A stretch of DNA of 42,807 nt. It comes from Candidatus Iainarchaeum sp. Lineage in GTDB: Archaea; B1Sed10-29; WALL01. Below the pieces are notes generated by a model. That model saw only the letters and a program-made list of their open reading frames with translations, was not told the DNA's origin and did no database searches. The translations under genes and the position numbers were made by a program. The stretch covers positions 1 through 42,807 of the forward strand of contig JAGGYF010000031.1 in assembly GCA_021162685.1 (NCBI GenBank). The letters are read 5' to 3'. Below, one piece after another: positions 1-10,966 of this stretch; the stretch's first letter is position 1; each line of letters begins with the position of its first letter.

Positions 1-591
1 AAGATAGCAAAAGAGATACGAAACTTAGCAAGAAGCGAGATAAAAGAAGTTGAAGAACCATTTGAGAAAAAGCAAGTTGGCTCATCAACAATGCCGCAGA
101 AAAGAAACCCCCACAAGAGCGAAAGGGTGTGTGGCTTAGCAAGAATACTGAGAGCAAACGTTATGACTGCATTAGAGAATATTGCGCTTGAACATGAGAG
201 AGACCTGACAAACTCATCTGCAGAGAGAATAATGATTCCAGAGAGTTGTATCCTTATTGATTACATGTTAAAGCAGATGGAATACGTACTTAATGGGTTG
301 ATTGTTTACAAGGACAGAATGAAACAGAACCTTAAAGAAGATCCATTTGTAATGGCTGAAAGTGTTATGCTAGCACTAGTGAAAAAGGGAGTAGGTAGAC
401 AGGAAGCGCACGAGTTGGTCAGAAAAGCTGCGATGAAAGCATTCACTGAGAAAAAGAGTTTCAGAGAGGTACTCATGAAAACAAGGGGAATGGTCTTAAC
501 AGAGAAAGAATTAGATAAGGCACTAGACCCTAGGAATTACTTGGGGAGGACTGATGAGATAATAAACAAAGTCCTGAAGGAGCTGAAATAA
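1..591 (+). CDS. purB: Adenylosuccinate lyase (5'-truncated by window edge)
   Basis: Frame 1 is open from base 1 (KIAKEIRNLARSEIKEVEEPF...). Fumarase-superfamily signature GSSTMPQKRNP, plus ERDLTNS and GRQEAHE; first gene of the pur cluster in the window. Confidence 0.96.
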   Translation, partial: KIAKEIRNLARSEIKEVEEPFEKKQVGSSTMPQKRNPHKSERVCGLARILRANVMTALENIALEHERDLTNSSAERIMIPESCILIDYMLKQMEYVLNGLIVYKDRMKQNLKEDPFVMAESVMLALVKKGVGRQEAHELVRKAAMKAFTEKKSFREVLMKTRGMVLTEKELDKALDPRNYLGRTDEIINKVLKELK

Positions 592-1226
592 TGAAAATTA
601 CATACTATGGACATGCTGCGTTTCAGATTGATGACTTGGTTATAGACCCCTTTCTGTCTGGAAATCCTCATTGTAGAACAAGGCCAGAAGATGTAACATG
701 TAGCGTGATATGTGTTACGCACGATCATGAGGACCATATAGGGGATGCTATTGATATAGCAAAAAGAAACAATGCAACGATTGTTGGGATTCATGAGATA
801 GATGTTATGTGCAGGGGAAAAGATGTAAAATCCATAGGAATGAATTTTAGTGGAACTATTGATATCAATGGCTGGAAGATAACCATGGTTGAGGCATGGC
901 ATTCAAGTTATTCTGGAATGCCGTGTGGTTACATAATTGAGAAAGGAGGAAGAATATTATATCATGCTGGTGATACTGGATTATTTGGGGATATGAAACT
1001 TATAGGAGAGATGTACCATCCAGAAATAGGATTCATACCAATAGGCGGTCATTATACAATGGGTATAAAGGAAGCAGTTAAAGCATGTGAATTATTGGGG
1101 ATAAAAACTGCAATCCCAATGCACTACAACACTTTTCCTGTAATACAAGCTGACCCTAACGAGTTCAAAGAAAAAGCCCCATGTGAAGTCATTGTTATGG
1201 AACCCAACACAACAATAGAGGTGTAG
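591..1226 (+). CDS. Metallo-beta-lactamase-fold hydrolase (UPF0173 family)
   Basis: YGHAAF, IDPF, THDHEDH, HAGDT, PIGGHYTM and PMHYNTF motifs. Confidence 0.9.
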   Translation: MKITYYGHAAFQIDDLVIDPFLSGNPHCRTRPEDVTCSVICVTHDHEDHIGDAIDIAKRNNATIVGIHEIDVMCRGKDVKSIGMNFSGTIDINGWKITMVEAWHSSYSGMPCGYIIEKGGRILYHAGDTGLFGDMKLIGEMYHPEIGFIPIGGHYTMGIKEAVKACELLGIKTAIPMHYNTFPVIQADPNEFKEKAPCEVIVMEPNTTIEV

Positions 1227-1228
1227 AT

Positions 1229-2221
1229 TTGAAACCAAAATCATATGCCGAAGCAGGTGTTGATATAAAACAGGATGATAAGGCAATCATGAGTATCGCA
1301 AGATGGTGTGAGAAAACATTTGAGTTCAGAAAAGGGAAAAAAGGGGAAGTTGTGTCACATATTGGCCATTTCGCGAATCTTATAAAGGTGGGTAATCAAC
1401 AGCTTGTCTTAAGCACTGATGGTGTTGGGTCAAAGATATTGGTTGCTGAGAGACTTGGGAAATACGACACCCTTGGTTTTGACCTCATGGGGATGCTTGT
1501 TAATGATGTGATCTGTGTTGGTGCTGAACCACTTGCAGTCGTTGATTATATAGCAATGAAGAAACCAGACGAAAGGATTATGAGCGAAATAGGGAAAGGG
1601 CTATACGAAGCTGCAAAGGAGGCAGATGTTGCTGTAATTGGCGGAGAAACAGCCACACTCCCTGAAATGATAACTGGGATAGGAGAAAACCCATTTGACC
1701 TAGCAGGTACTGCATTAGGAATAGTAGGTGTTGGAGAAGAGATAACAGGAAGACGTATAAGTGAGGGAGATGTCCTAATCGGCTTGGAAAGTTCTGGTAT
1801 ACATTCCAATGGATTAACATTGGCTAGAAAGGTTTTAGATGACTGGTCTGAATTAATTGAGCCAACAAGAATTTATGTGAAACCCATAATGGAACTGATA
1901 AAGCAATGCGATGTTAAAGGCCTTGCAAACATAACAGGAGGTGGGATGTTAAATTTACTTAGATTGGGGTGTGGATTTGAGATAACAAATCTTGCAGAAC
2001 CGCAAAAGGTTTTCTTGGATATACAGGAAGCTGGACATATATCAGATGAGGAGATGTACAAAACATTCAATATGGGTGTTGGTTTTTGTGTTGTAGTTCC
2101 AAAAACATCAGTTGATACTGCTTTGGATGTGCTCAAAAGGTATGTTCATGCATGGGAAATGGGAAAGGCAATAGTGGAAAAGAAAGTTGTGTTAAAACAG
2201 AAAGGTATTAGTTTGATGTGA
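1229..2221 (+). CDS. purM: Phosphoribosylformylglycinamidine cyclo-ligase (AIR synthetase)
   Basis: SYAEAGVD, STDGVGSK, GGETA, SSGIHSNG, ITGGG and TFNMG motifs; TTG start. Confidence 0.96.
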   Translation: MKPKSYAEAGVDIKQDDKAIMSIARWCEKTFEFRKGKKGEVVSHIGHFANLIKVGNQQLVLSTDGVGSKILVAERLGKYDTLGFDLMGMLVNDVICVGAEPLAVVDYIAMKKPDERIMSEIGKGLYEAAKEADVAVIGGETATLPEMITGIGENPFDLAGTALGIVGVGEEITGRRISEGDVLIGLESSGIHSNGLTLARKVLDDWSELIEPTRIYVKPIMELIKQCDVKGLANITGGGMLNLLRLGCGFEITNLAEPQKVFLDIQEAGHISDEEMYKTFNMGVGFCVVVPKTSVDTALDVLKRYVHAWEMGKAIVEKKVVLKQKGISLM

Positions 2222-2225
2222 TTAT

Positions 2226-5195
2226 ATGGTAAGAAGAATTGAAGTAAAATTCAAACCAGAATTTAGGGATGCCAGGGCAGAGTATGTGAAGAGGAAGGTT
2301 AAAGAATACTTAGGTATTGACGTAGATGTTGAGAGGATTGATGTATACACAATTGATATCAATCTCAACGATGAGCAATTCAATAGGATAAAAGAGGGAC
2401 TATTCTATGACCCTGTGACGCAGATTGCATCATTTGAGCCAATTGAAGGGGTATTTGACTACCTCCTTGAAATTGGCTTCCTTCCAGGAGTTAAAGATAC
2501 TGAAGGAGAGACTGCAGCAGATGCAATCGCTGATTTATTGGGAATCCGTATCAAAGAAGGAGAAGGCGTGTATACATCAACGCAATATAGGCTCTCTGGA
2601 GATATAAAAAAAGAAGATGTTGAGGATATAGCCAAGAATCTACTCGCGAATGAGCTAATAGAGCACTGGAGGATCATTGACTTCAATGACTGGAAAGCTA
2701 ATGGTATTAGTGCTATTGTTCCAAAAGTTGAACTGAAACACAAACCAAGAGTTGAGGAAATAGATCTTAACGTCTCTGATGAAGAGCTTATACAACTCAG
2801 CAATAAAAGATCATTGGCATTGAGCCTTGCAGACATGAAAACAATACAAGCTTATTTTGGAAGAGAGGATGTGATAAATGAGAGGAAGAGGGTTGGTCTT
2901 GGAGAGAAGATTACGGATGTTGAACTTGAAGCAATTGCACAAACGCAAAGTGAGCACTGCAAACATAGGATATTCAATGGGATTATACATTACAGAGATG
3001 GTGAAAAAAATGAAACAATAGATAGCTTATTCAAAACATACATAAAAGGTTCAACAGAGAAGATTGCTGAGGAAAAGGATTGGATTGTTTCAATGTTTTG
3101 GGATAACGCAGGTGTTGCAAAACTAAACGAAGAATGGAATTACATTGTAAAATGCGAAACACATAACAGCCCAAGTGCTTTAGACCCATATGGAGGAGCA
3201 ATGACTGGCATTGTTGGAGTTTATAGAGACCCAATGGGGACAGGCAAGGGCTCAAAAATTGTCGCAGGAACATACGGTTTCTGCACTGGGTCACCGTTCT
3301 ATGATGGAGAGTTATTGCCAAGAATGCATCCAAAAAGGCTCTTAGATGGCATTGTTGAGGGAGTAAGAGATGGAGGAAACAAAAGTGGAATTCCAACAGT
3401 ATACGGAAGGGTGTTCTTTGATGATGGATTTATAGGAAAACCACTAGTATATGTATCAGCCATAGGAATTGCGCCATCTGAGATCAATGGGGAGCCATCG
3501 CACGAAAAAGGTATTGAGCCAAACGATCTTATTGTCATGTGCGGAGGAAGGGTTGGAAAAGATGGTTTACATGGTGTTACAGAATCATCGCTTGAACATG
3601 GTGCATGGATAACTGCAGGACATGTGCAGATTGGCGACCCATTTACACAAAAGAAGGTACATGACTTCCTTCTGGAAGCACGTGACTTGGGCCTATATAG
3701 GTGTATTACTGATTGTGGAGGCGGTGGTCTATCATCTGCTATTGGAGAAACTGCCCGTTTCAGTAATGGATGTGAAATACATCTAGATAAGGTGCCACTA
3801 AAATATGCGGGTTTGGATCCCTGGGAAATTCTTCTCTCAGAATCTCAGGAGAGGATGGTTCTTGCAGTTGACCCAAATAAAATCAACAGACTAAAGGAGT
3901 TAGCAAAAAAACATGATGTTGAAGTGAGTGTAATAGGAAAATATACAAACAGCGGGAAATTCCACGTGTTATATGAAGGAAAAACTGTTGCCTATCTCAA
4001 CATGGAATTTTTACATGGTGGTTTCCCACGGCTAATCCTTGAGGCAGAATGGAATGCCCCAGAGTATGAAGAGCCGAGCATAGATGAAAGCAACCATAAC
4101 AAAATATTGAAATCCATGCTTTCAAGGATAAACATAGCTAGCAAAGAATGGATACAAAGGCAGTATGACCATGAAGTTCAGGGAGGTAGTGTCATAAAGC
4201 CGTATATTGGCATAAAAGATGATGTATGCGGAGATGCTGCTGTTATAAAACCAATTCTAGACAGAAAAGAGGGCTTGGCAATTGCTGCTGGAATAAACCC
4301 AAAATATAGCCAAATAGATGCGTATTATATGGCTGCATGTGCACTTGACGAAGCAATAAGAAGGGTTTTAGCTGTTGGAGCAAATCTTAATCATATCGCC
4401 CTGAATGATAATTTTTGTTGGCCAAACTCAATATATGATGAGAAAAAGAACCCCGACGGGAAACACAAACTTGCGCAGTTAGTAAGAGCAAACAAAGCAC
4501 TATATGAATATACAACATATTTCAAGACACCTTGTATCTCAGGAAAGGATTCTATGTTTATAGATGGAAACATAAAGACAAAACAAGGAACTGTAAAGAA
4601 AATTTCTGGTTTACCAACATTACAGTTTACTGCTGTTGCAAAAGTTGATGATGTTGAAAAGTGTGTCACTATGGATGTAAAACATGCAGGTGATTTAGTA
4701 TACATCATTGGAGAAACCATGGATGAACTTGGTGCATCAGAGCTCTATGAGATGTTTGGAGAGATAGGAAAAAATGTTCCAAAGGTAAACAAAGAGGTTG
4801 CTCTGCGCATATATCAAACCGTGGAAAAAGCAATAAAAGAAGGAGTTATAGAATCATGTCATGGATGTTATAGAGGTGGTTTAGCAATCGCACTTGCAGA
4901 GAAGGCATTTGCTGGTGGCTTTGGTATGGAGATACATCTCTCAAAGGTGCCTTCAAATCTTGTTGAGGATTACAAGATTTTATACTCAGAGACCCCATCC
5001 AGATTTGTGGTGACTGTCAAACCAGAAAACATTGAGAAGTTTGAAGAGATGTGTAAAAACGTGGTTTTCAGCAGGATAGGTAGAGTTAGGGAGGATACAC
5101 AATTTATAGTATATGGTCTGGATGGGAACAAGATCATTAACGCTGATATAAATGAGTTAGAGGAGGCGTGGAAGAGTACGTTTAAGAACTTTTAG
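2226..5195 (+). CDS. purL: FGAM synthase synthetase subunit PurL with N-terminal PurS-like region (989 aa)
   Basis: SEHCKH, ETHNSPS, DCGGGG, SESQERM, QYDHEV and SGKDS motifs. An extra ~170-aa N-terminal region contains LPGVKD and NELIE PurS-like elements. Confidence 0.95.
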   Translation: MVRRIEVKFKPEFRDARAEYVKRKVKEYLGIDVDVERIDVYTIDINLNDEQFNRIKEGLFYDPVTQIASFEPIEGVFDYLLEIGFLPGVKDTEGETAADAIADLLGIRIKEGEGVYTSTQYRLSGDIKKEDVEDIAKNLLANELIEHWRIIDFNDWKANGISAIVPKVELKHKPRVEEIDLNVSDEELIQLSNKRSLALSLADMKTIQAYFGREDVINERKRVGLGEKITDVELEAIAQTQSEHCKHRIFNGIIHYRDGEKNETIDSLFKTYIKGSTEKIAEEKDWIVSMFWDNAGVAKLNEEWNYIVKCETHNSPSALDPYGGAMTGIVGVYRDPMGTGKGSKIVAGTYGFCTGSPFYDGELLPRMHPKRLLDGIVEGVRDGGNKSGIPTVYGRVFFDDGFIGKPLVYVSAIGIAPSEINGEPSHEKGIEPNDLIVMCGGRVGKDGLHGVTESSLEHGAWITAGHVQIGDPFTQKKVHDFLLEARDLGLYRCITDCGGGGLSSAIGETARFSNGCEIHLDKVPLKYAGLDPWEILLSESQERMVLAVDPNKINRLKELAKKHDVEVSVIGKYTNSGKFHVLYEGKTVAYLNMEFLHGGFPRLILEAEWNAPEYEEPSIDESNHNKILKSMLSRINIASKEWIQRQYDHEVQGGSVIKPYIGIKDDVCGDAAVIKPILDRKEGLAIAAGINPKYSQIDAYYMAACALDEAIRRVLAVGANLNHIALNDNFCWPNSIYDEKKNPDGKHKLAQLVRANKALYEYTTYFKTPCISGKDSMFIDGNIKTKQGTVKKISGLPTLQFTAVAKVDDVEKCVTMDVKHAGDLVYIIGETMDELGASELYEMFGEIGKNVPKVNKEVALRIYQTVEKAIKEGVIESCHGCYRGGLAIALAEKAFAGGFGMEIHLSKVPSNLVEDYKILYSETPSRFVVTVKPENIEKFEEMCKNVVFSRIGRVREDTQFIVYGLDGNKIINADINELEEAWKSTFKNF

Positions 5196-5203
5196 GTGTT
5201 CCT

Positions 5204-5977
5204 ATGGTAAAAGTGTTAATCTTGGTTGGGTATGGAATAAATTGTGACTACGAAACAGAGCATGCGTTCAGGTTAGCAAATGCGGAAACAGAAAGAGTAC
5301 ATGTTAATGAACTTATCACTAGAGAGAAAAACCTTGAAAACTATGATATAATGGCGATACCTGGCGGTTTCTCCTTTGGTGACGACCTATCAGCAGGTAA
5401 GGTATTAGCAAATAAAATGAAAACAAACCTACATGATGAGGTTATGGAGTTTGTCAAGTCTGGAAAGCTTATCATAGGAGTGTGCAACGGATTCCAAGTA
5501 CTTGTGAAATATCCTCTCTTGCCATCCATGGAAAAGCAGGAAGCAACACTAACATTTAACGATTGTGGAAGGTTTTTGGATAGGTGGGTTTACCTAAGAA
5601 TAAATGAAAAGAGCAGATGCATATGGACAAGAGGGATAACCCAACTGTACCTACCAATAAGACATGGTGAAGGAAAGTTTGTTGTAAAAGATGAGAATGT
5701 GAGAAAAAAACTCCATGACGAAGGGCTTATAGCATTACAATACTGTGATAAACAAGGCAATATAACTGATGAATTTCCATGGAATCCTAACGGAAGCATT
5801 GACAGTATTGCCGGCATTTGCGACAAAACAGGAAGGATCTTTGGATTAATGCCTCACCCAGAGGGATACTTATACAAAACAAATCATCCCAGATGGACAA
5901 GGGGAGAATCAGAAAAAGGCGAAGGGTTAAAAATATTCAGAAATGCTGTTGAGTATGCTGAGGAGAATTTAGTTTAA
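5204..5977 (+). CDS. purQ: FGAM synthase glutaminase subunit PurQ
   Basis: GINCD, PGGFSFGD, GVCNGFQ, HGEG, NPNGS and MPHPE motifs. Confidence 0.96.
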   Translation: MVKVLILVGYGINCDYETEHAFRLANAETERVHVNELITREKNLENYDIMAIPGGFSFGDDLSAGKVLANKMKTNLHDEVMEFVKSGKLIIGVCNGFQVLVKYPLLPSMEKQEATLTFNDCGRFLDRWVYLRINEKSRCIWTRGITQLYLPIRHGEGKFVVKDENVRKKLHDEGLIALQYCDKQGNITDEFPWNPNGSIDSIAGICDKTGRIFGLMPHPEGYLYKTNHPRWTRGESEKGEGLKIFRNAVEYAEENLV

Positions 5978-6299
5978 GCACCATCTGTGTTGGGTTGCAA
6001 GCCTTTTTATATTGCTCACAGTTATCACGCAGAAGAGTTCTTTTGGAAATTTATTGGTGGGTAAAGAAACAAAGCTATATTCTCTAAAAATTCTGTTCTC
6101 TTGTATTCATCAACAACAGAGTCTAATTTATAATACTTGCCAACCTTTCTAAGTGCAACATATCTAACTATTCTATTGTTTACTACTGCTTTCCATGCTT
6201 TAATTACGTCTTTAAATCCAATGTTTTCTATATTGTATTTTTTGGCTAATTCCTCTATTCGTGCATATCAATAAGCTCAGATGTCTTTGTTATTTTCAC
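5975..6299 (-). pseudogene. Frameshifted remnant of a GNAT (short ArgA-like) N-acetyltransferase
   Basis: Minus-strand pieces in different frames: VKITKTSELIDMHE* / RIEELAKKYNIENIGFKDVIKAWKAVVNNRIVRYVALRKVGKYYKLDSVVDEYKR / FPKELFC / DNCEQYKKACNPTQMVLK. These resemble GNAT beta-strands and the Cys-rich C-terminus of short ArgA-like proteins; judged by eye. Confidence 0.5.
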
Positions 6300-6357
6300 A
6301 CCCCAAGATATTTAAAACCCTAAAACTATAACTTAGTATGGCGGGGTGCTATTTGTT

Positions 6358-7245
6358 ATGGTAGCAAATGTTATTACACAAACTAGTCTCAACTTTCCAA
6401 AAAGGCAGGGGAAAGTAAGGGATATTTACGATCTTGGTGATTCTCTGTTGATGATATCAACAGATAGGATATCTGCATTTGATTGTGTTTTGCCAAATGG
6501 CATACCCTACAAGGGAATATGTTTGAATCAGTTATCCTTGTTTTGGTTTGATAAAATGAAGGATATCATTGATAATCACATTATTACAGGGAATTTTGAT
6601 GAGTTCCCAGATGAATTGAAAGAGCACTCAGAGCTGAAAGGAAGAAGTGTAATAGTAAAAAAGGCAAAACCAATACCAATAGAGTGTATTGTTAGAGGTT
6701 ATTTAACAGGTTCAGCGTGGAGGGATTATAAGAAGACTGGGAAAGTATACGGCATAGACATACCAAAAAATATGAAAGAATCAGAAAGGTTTCCAGAACC
6801 ACTGTTCACACCAACAACCAAAGCAGAAAGTGGTCATGATGAACCCATAAGCTTTGAACAAATGAGAGCAATAGTAGGGGAAGAAATAGCTGACATACTG
6901 AAAAGCAAAAGTTTGGAGATATACAAGAAAGCAAACGAATATGCTGAAAGTCGTGGCATACTTATCCCAGATACAAAATTTGAATTTGGATTACTAGGCG
7001 ATAAGGTGATTTTGATTGATGAGCTGCTAACCCCAGATTCCTCACGTTTCTGGTATGCTAAGGACTATGAACCAGGAAAACCAATAAAGCAGATGGACAA
7101 GGAGTATGTTAGGAGGTATCTAATGAGTGTAGATTGGAACAAAGAGCCACCTGCACCAGCGCTACCAGAGAAAGTTGTTGAAGAGACAAGTAGGAGATAT
7201 TTGGAGATATTTAGAGCAATCACGGGGAAGGACTTAGATGTTTAA
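6358..7245 (+). CDS. purC: SAICAR synthetase
   Basis: [40 protein letters not shown] and [12 protein letters not shown] motifs. ATG at 6358 follows a GGGGTG RBS. Confidence 0.97.
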   Translation: MVANVITQTSLNFPKRQGKVRDIYDLGDSLLMISTDRISAFDCVLPNGIPYKGICLNQLSLFWFDKMKDIIDNHIITGNFDEFPDELKEHSELKGRSVIVKKAKPIPIECIVRGYLTGSAWRDYKKTGKVYGIDIPKNMKESERFPEPLFTPTTKAESGHDEPISFEQMRAIVGEEIADILKSKSLEIYKKANEYAESRGILIPDTKFEFGLLGDKVILIDELLTPDSSRFWYAKDYEPGKPIKQMDKEYVRRYLMSVDWNKEPPAPALPEKVVEETSRRYLEIFRAITGKDLDV

Positions 7246-8191
7246 TCCTGAGAAGTTTATTGAAGAGCAGATAGAATTTATGAAAAACAATGTTAATGGT
7301 AACGCTGTTATTGCCACATCTGGTGGTGTTGATTCTACTGTTGCTGCTGTTCTAGCACATAGGGCGATTGGGCATAAGTTGCATTGTATATTTGTGGACA
7401 CAGGATATATGAGGAAGAATGAGGCAAATAACGTGAAGGAAATGTTCAAAATATTGGGTATTGATGTTGAAGTTGTTGATGCAAGTCAAAGGTTTTATGA
7501 TGCATTGAAAGGTGTAACTGATCCAGAAAAGAAGAGGAAGATTATTGGCGAATTATTTATAAGGGTGTTTGAAGAAGCAGCAAAAAAGGATAATGCAGAA
7601 TACCTGATACAAGGTACTATCGCTCCTGATTGGATTGAGAGTGGTTCTGGTCTAAGAGACAACATAAAAAGTCATCATAACGTTGGTGGCCTACCAGAAA
7701 AAATGGGATTAAAACTCATAGAGCCATTAAGAGACCTGTATAAAGATGAGGTCAGAAAGGTTGGAAAAGCATTGGGTATACCAGAACATGTTTACAATAG
7801 ACAACCATTCCCTGGGCCTGGACTTGCGATAAGAATAATAGGTGAAGCAACACCAGAGAGGGTTAAGATACTCCAAGAAGCGATAGCGATTGTAGAGGAA
7901 GAAATAGAGAATGCTGCCAAAAATAAAGAGATGGAACTACCATGGCAGTACTTCGCTGTGTTGCTCCCTATGAAAACTGTTGGTGTGTTGGGAGATAAGA
8001 GAGCATACGGATACACAATAGGGATAAGGGCTGTTCAGAGTATAGATGGGATGACAGCAAAGTATTCAGAAATTCCACATAGTGTTTTACAGAGGATGTC
8101 GGAAAGGATAACTAGAGAATTGAAAGATTACATTAACAGAGTTGTGTATGATATAACATCAAAACCGCCAGGTACAATAGAGTGGGAATAA
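7238..8191 (+). CDS. guaAB: GMP synthase subunit B (ATP pyrophosphatase)
   Basis: [32 protein letters not shown] and KPPGTIEWE motifs; no glutaminase domain. Confidence 0.96.
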   Translation: MFNPEKFIEEQIEFMKNNVNGNAVIATSGGVDSTVAAVLAHRAIGHKLHCIFVDTGYMRKNEANNVKEMFKILGIDVEVVDASQRFYDALKGVTDPEKKRKIIGELFIRVFEEAAKKDNAEYLIQGTIAPDWIESGSGLRDNIKSHHNVGGLPEKMGLKLIEPLRDLYKDEVRKVGKALGIPEHVYNRQPFPGPGLAIRIIGEATPERVKILQEAIAIVEEEIENAAKNKEMELPWQYFAVLLPMKTVGVLGDKRAYGYTIGIRAVQSIDGMTAKYSEIPHSVLQRMSERITRELKDYINRVVYDITSKPPGTIEWE

Positions 8192-8754
8192 TGAATGTTT
8201 TAGTTGTTGATTTTGGGTCACAATGGACACATAGAATATGGAGACGATTACGATATCTAGAATGCGAAACAAAGATTATTCCAGTCACTACTCCTGTGGA
8301 GGAGATAGATGCAGATGGATTAATCCTCTCTGGTGGAGCAGTTAGGATAGGGTCTGGTGGGGAAGAAGAGGTTGGTTATGCACATGAATATTTAGATGAG
8401 TTACACATACCTATACTAGGGATATGTGCTGGTCAACAGTTTATAGCATTGCATTTTGGTGGTGATGTACAACCTGCAAGACATACTGAATATGGTAGAG
8501 TGGAGATAATTATTAAAGAAACAGATGATTTATTTGTAGGTGTCCCAGAACGATTTGTTGCATGGGCATCCCACAATGATGAGATTATAAACTGTCCTGG
8601 ATTTGACATCCTTGCTGTCTCAAAAGATGATGTCAATCATGCAATAAAACACAGGAAAAAGCCAATATATGGTACACTATTTCACCCAGAGGTTGAACAT
8701 ACTGAATATGGAGAAACAATCATGAAAAACTTTTTAGAGGTGTGTAAGCAATGA
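8191..8754 (+). CDS. guaAA: GMP synthase subunit A (glutamine amidotransferase)
   Basis: DFGSQW, LSGG, GICAGQQ, SHND and FHPEV motifs; TAATG coupling to guaAB. Confidence 0.94.
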   Translation: MNVLVVDFGSQWTHRIWRRLRYLECETKIIPVTTPVEEIDADGLILSGGAVRIGSGGEEEVGYAHEYLDELHIPILGICAGQQFIALHFGGDVQPARHTEYGRVEIIIKETDDLFVGVPERFVAWASHNDEIINCPGFDILAVSKDDVNHAIKHRKKPIYGTLFHPEVEHTEYGETIMKNFLEVCKQ

Positions 8755-9881
8755 TTGAAAGAAAAGAAATACAAAAAATCGCTGAAGGTTATGATGGAGA
8801 TATAACAATTGGGGTATTAGGAAGTCACTCAGCGGAAGAGGTAGGGATGGCTGCAAAAGCAGCTGGAATGAAATGTGTGGTGATATGTCAGAAAGGAAGG
8901 GAACAATTGTATGCAAAACATTCAAAACATCTATTCAGCGATATTATTGTGCTGGAGAAGTTTTCAGATATGACCAATGATGAAATCCAGGAAAAACTTA
9001 TTGAAATGAATACTGTGTTCATCCCAAACAGGAGCTTTTCTGTTTATGTCGGATATGATAACATAGAGAATATATTTAAGATTCCAATGTATGGTAATAG
9101 GTTTATTTTAAGAGCTGAAGAAAGAACTGCTCCGAGGAACCAGTACTGGTTACTTGAAAAAGCGGGGATAAGGTTTCCAAAGGAATTCAAAAAGCCAGAA
9201 GAAATAGACAGAATGGTAATAGTCAAAGTGCAGCAAAAGGACAATCCGCTAGAGAGAGCATTCTTTTACCCAAGCTCAGCAGAGGAGTTCTATGAGCAGG
9301 GGGATAAACTGATAAAAGAGGGGATAATATCCGAAGAAGGACTCAAAAAGGCGAGGATTGAGGAGTTTGTGCTGGGCCCGAGGTTTAATGCCAATTTCCA
9401 GGGTTATGCACTAAAGGATGTTTTCGGAGAGCTTGATTTTCTTGGTTTGGAGGACAGGATACAGACAAATATTGGAGGAATACTAAACCTTCCAGCAAAG
9501 GAACAACTTAAAATCAATGTGTACTTGAAGAATGAAGAGGTAGGACACAAAGGCGTAACAATGAGGGAGTCTCTGAAGCCACAACTGTATGATGCTGCAG
9601 AGAAATTTATGAGGGTAGTTGAAGAGGAATATCCGCCTGGTATGATTGGGCTGTTCAGTCTTCAAGGGGCAATGCCTTATGGGAAGAACAACAGACCAGA
9701 ATTTGTTGTATTTGATGTAAGCCCAAGAATTCCAGGATGCCCGTGCGTTGGACCTACAAGTCCAGAAATGAGAAGGTTGAGCTTGAAATATGGAAAAGAC
9801 ATTGAAGCACCGCTTGATCTAAGTATAATGGAGATAGGGTATGCAGCAAAAAACGGAAGGTTGGCAGAGGTGGTAACATGA
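8751..9881 (+). CDS. PurP-like ATP-grasp paralogue (divergent type; LERAFF replaces the GGRG loop)
   Basis: GSHSA, PNRSFSVY, MYGNR, IEEFVLG and FDVSPRIPG motifs; clearly paralogous to the downstream purP. Confidence 0.85.
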   Translation: MIERKEIQKIAEGYDGDITIGVLGSHSAEEVGMAAKAAGMKCVVICQKGREQLYAKHSKHLFSDIIVLEKFSDMTNDEIQEKLIEMNTVFIPNRSFSVYVGYDNIENIFKIPMYGNRFILRAEERTAPRNQYWLLEKAGIRFPKEFKKPEEIDRMVIVKVQQKDNPLERAFFYPSSAEEFYEQGDKLIKEGIISEEGLKKARIEEFVLGPRFNANFQGYALKDVFGELDFLGLEDRIQTNIGGILNLPAKEQLKINVYLKNEEVGHKGVTMRESLKPQLYDAAEKFMRVVEEEYPPGMIGLFSLQGAMPYGKNNRPEFVVFDVSPRIPGCPCVGPTSPEMRRLSLKYGKDIEAPLDLSIMEIGYAAKNGRLAEVVT

Positions 9882-10966
9882 TACCAAAAAAGAGGATTGA
9901 TGAAATACTAGATGGATATGGAGATGACATAACAATAACAACTGTTTGTTCACATACAGCACTTCAGATATTTCATGGAGCGAAGAAGGAAGGATTCAAA
10001 ACATTGGGAATTGCCACAAGAGACAGGATAAATACGTACGATGCTTTCCCTCTTGCAAAACCAGATGAATATATTGTTGTTGACAAAATGAGTGATATAT
10101 TGAATGAGAACATACAGGAACAACTAAGAGAAAGGCACGCTGTTATTGTTCCACATGGTTCATTTGTGGAATATGTTGGGTCAAAAAATATAGAGGATAG
10201 ATTAGAGGTGCCAATGCTTGGCAACAGGGCAGTACTAGATTGGGAGAGTGATAGAGAGAAAGAGAGAAAATGGCTAAAAGAAGCAGGATGCAAGGTGCCA
10301 CCACGAATAAAAGACCCATCGCAGATTGATAGGCCATGTCTAGTAAAATTTTGTGGAGCAAAGGGTGGAAGAGGGTTTTTCATAGCCCTTAATGAAGAGG
10401 AATTTTATAGGAAACTTGGGGACAGAAACGAGGATTATATAATTCAAGAGTTCATACTTGGAACAAGGTACTACCACCACTTCTTCTACTCTCCATTATC
10501 TGATATAGGATATAAGGCAGGTGAAGGGCACATAGAGCTGTTAGGTATTGACAGACGAAACGAATCAAACATTGATGAACTTCACAGGTTTGGCTTTACA
10601 AGAGATGAGCTTGAGAGAGTTGGTGTGAAACAAACATTTGTTGTTACAGGAAATCTACCACTAGTAGTAAGGGAATCGTTACTCCCAAAAATCTTTGAGA
10701 TGGGAAGGAGCGTAGTTGATAAATCAGTTGAGTGGTTTTATCCAGGTATGGTTGGTCCATTTTGCCTTGAAACAATATGCACAGATGACCTTGAATTTTA
10801 TGTATTTGAGATCTCCGCGAGGATCGTTGCTGGAACAAATCTCTATCCTATGGGTTCCCACTACTCATACTATATGTATGACGAACCAATGAGCACTGGG
10901 AGGAGGATTGCAATTGAGTTGAAGAACGCAATAAAGCAAAACAGAGTAAAAGAGGTGGTTTATTGA
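9878..10966 (+). CDS. purP: Formate-dependent FAICAR synthetase PurP
   Basis: SHTALQIFHGAKKEGF, PHGSFVEY, GAKGGRG, RESLL, EISARIVAGTN and MSTGRRIA motifs. Confidence 0.95.
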   Translation: MIPKKRIDEILDGYGDDITITTVCSHTALQIFHGAKKEGFKTLGIATRDRINTYDAFPLAKPDEYIVVDKMSDILNENIQEQLRERHAVIVPHGSFVEYVGSKNIEDRLEVPMLGNRAVLDWESDREKERKWLKEAGCKVPPRIKDPSQIDRPCLVKFCGAKGGRGFFIALNEEEFYRKLGDRNEDYIIQEFILGTRYYHHFFYSPLSDIGYKAGEGHIELLGIDRRNESNIDELHRFGFTRDELERVGVKQTFVVTGNLPLVVRESLLPKIFEMGRSVVDKSVEWFYPGMVGPFCLETICTDDLEFYVFEISARIVAGTNLYPMGSHYSYYMYDEPMSTGRRIAIELKNAIKQNRVKEVVY

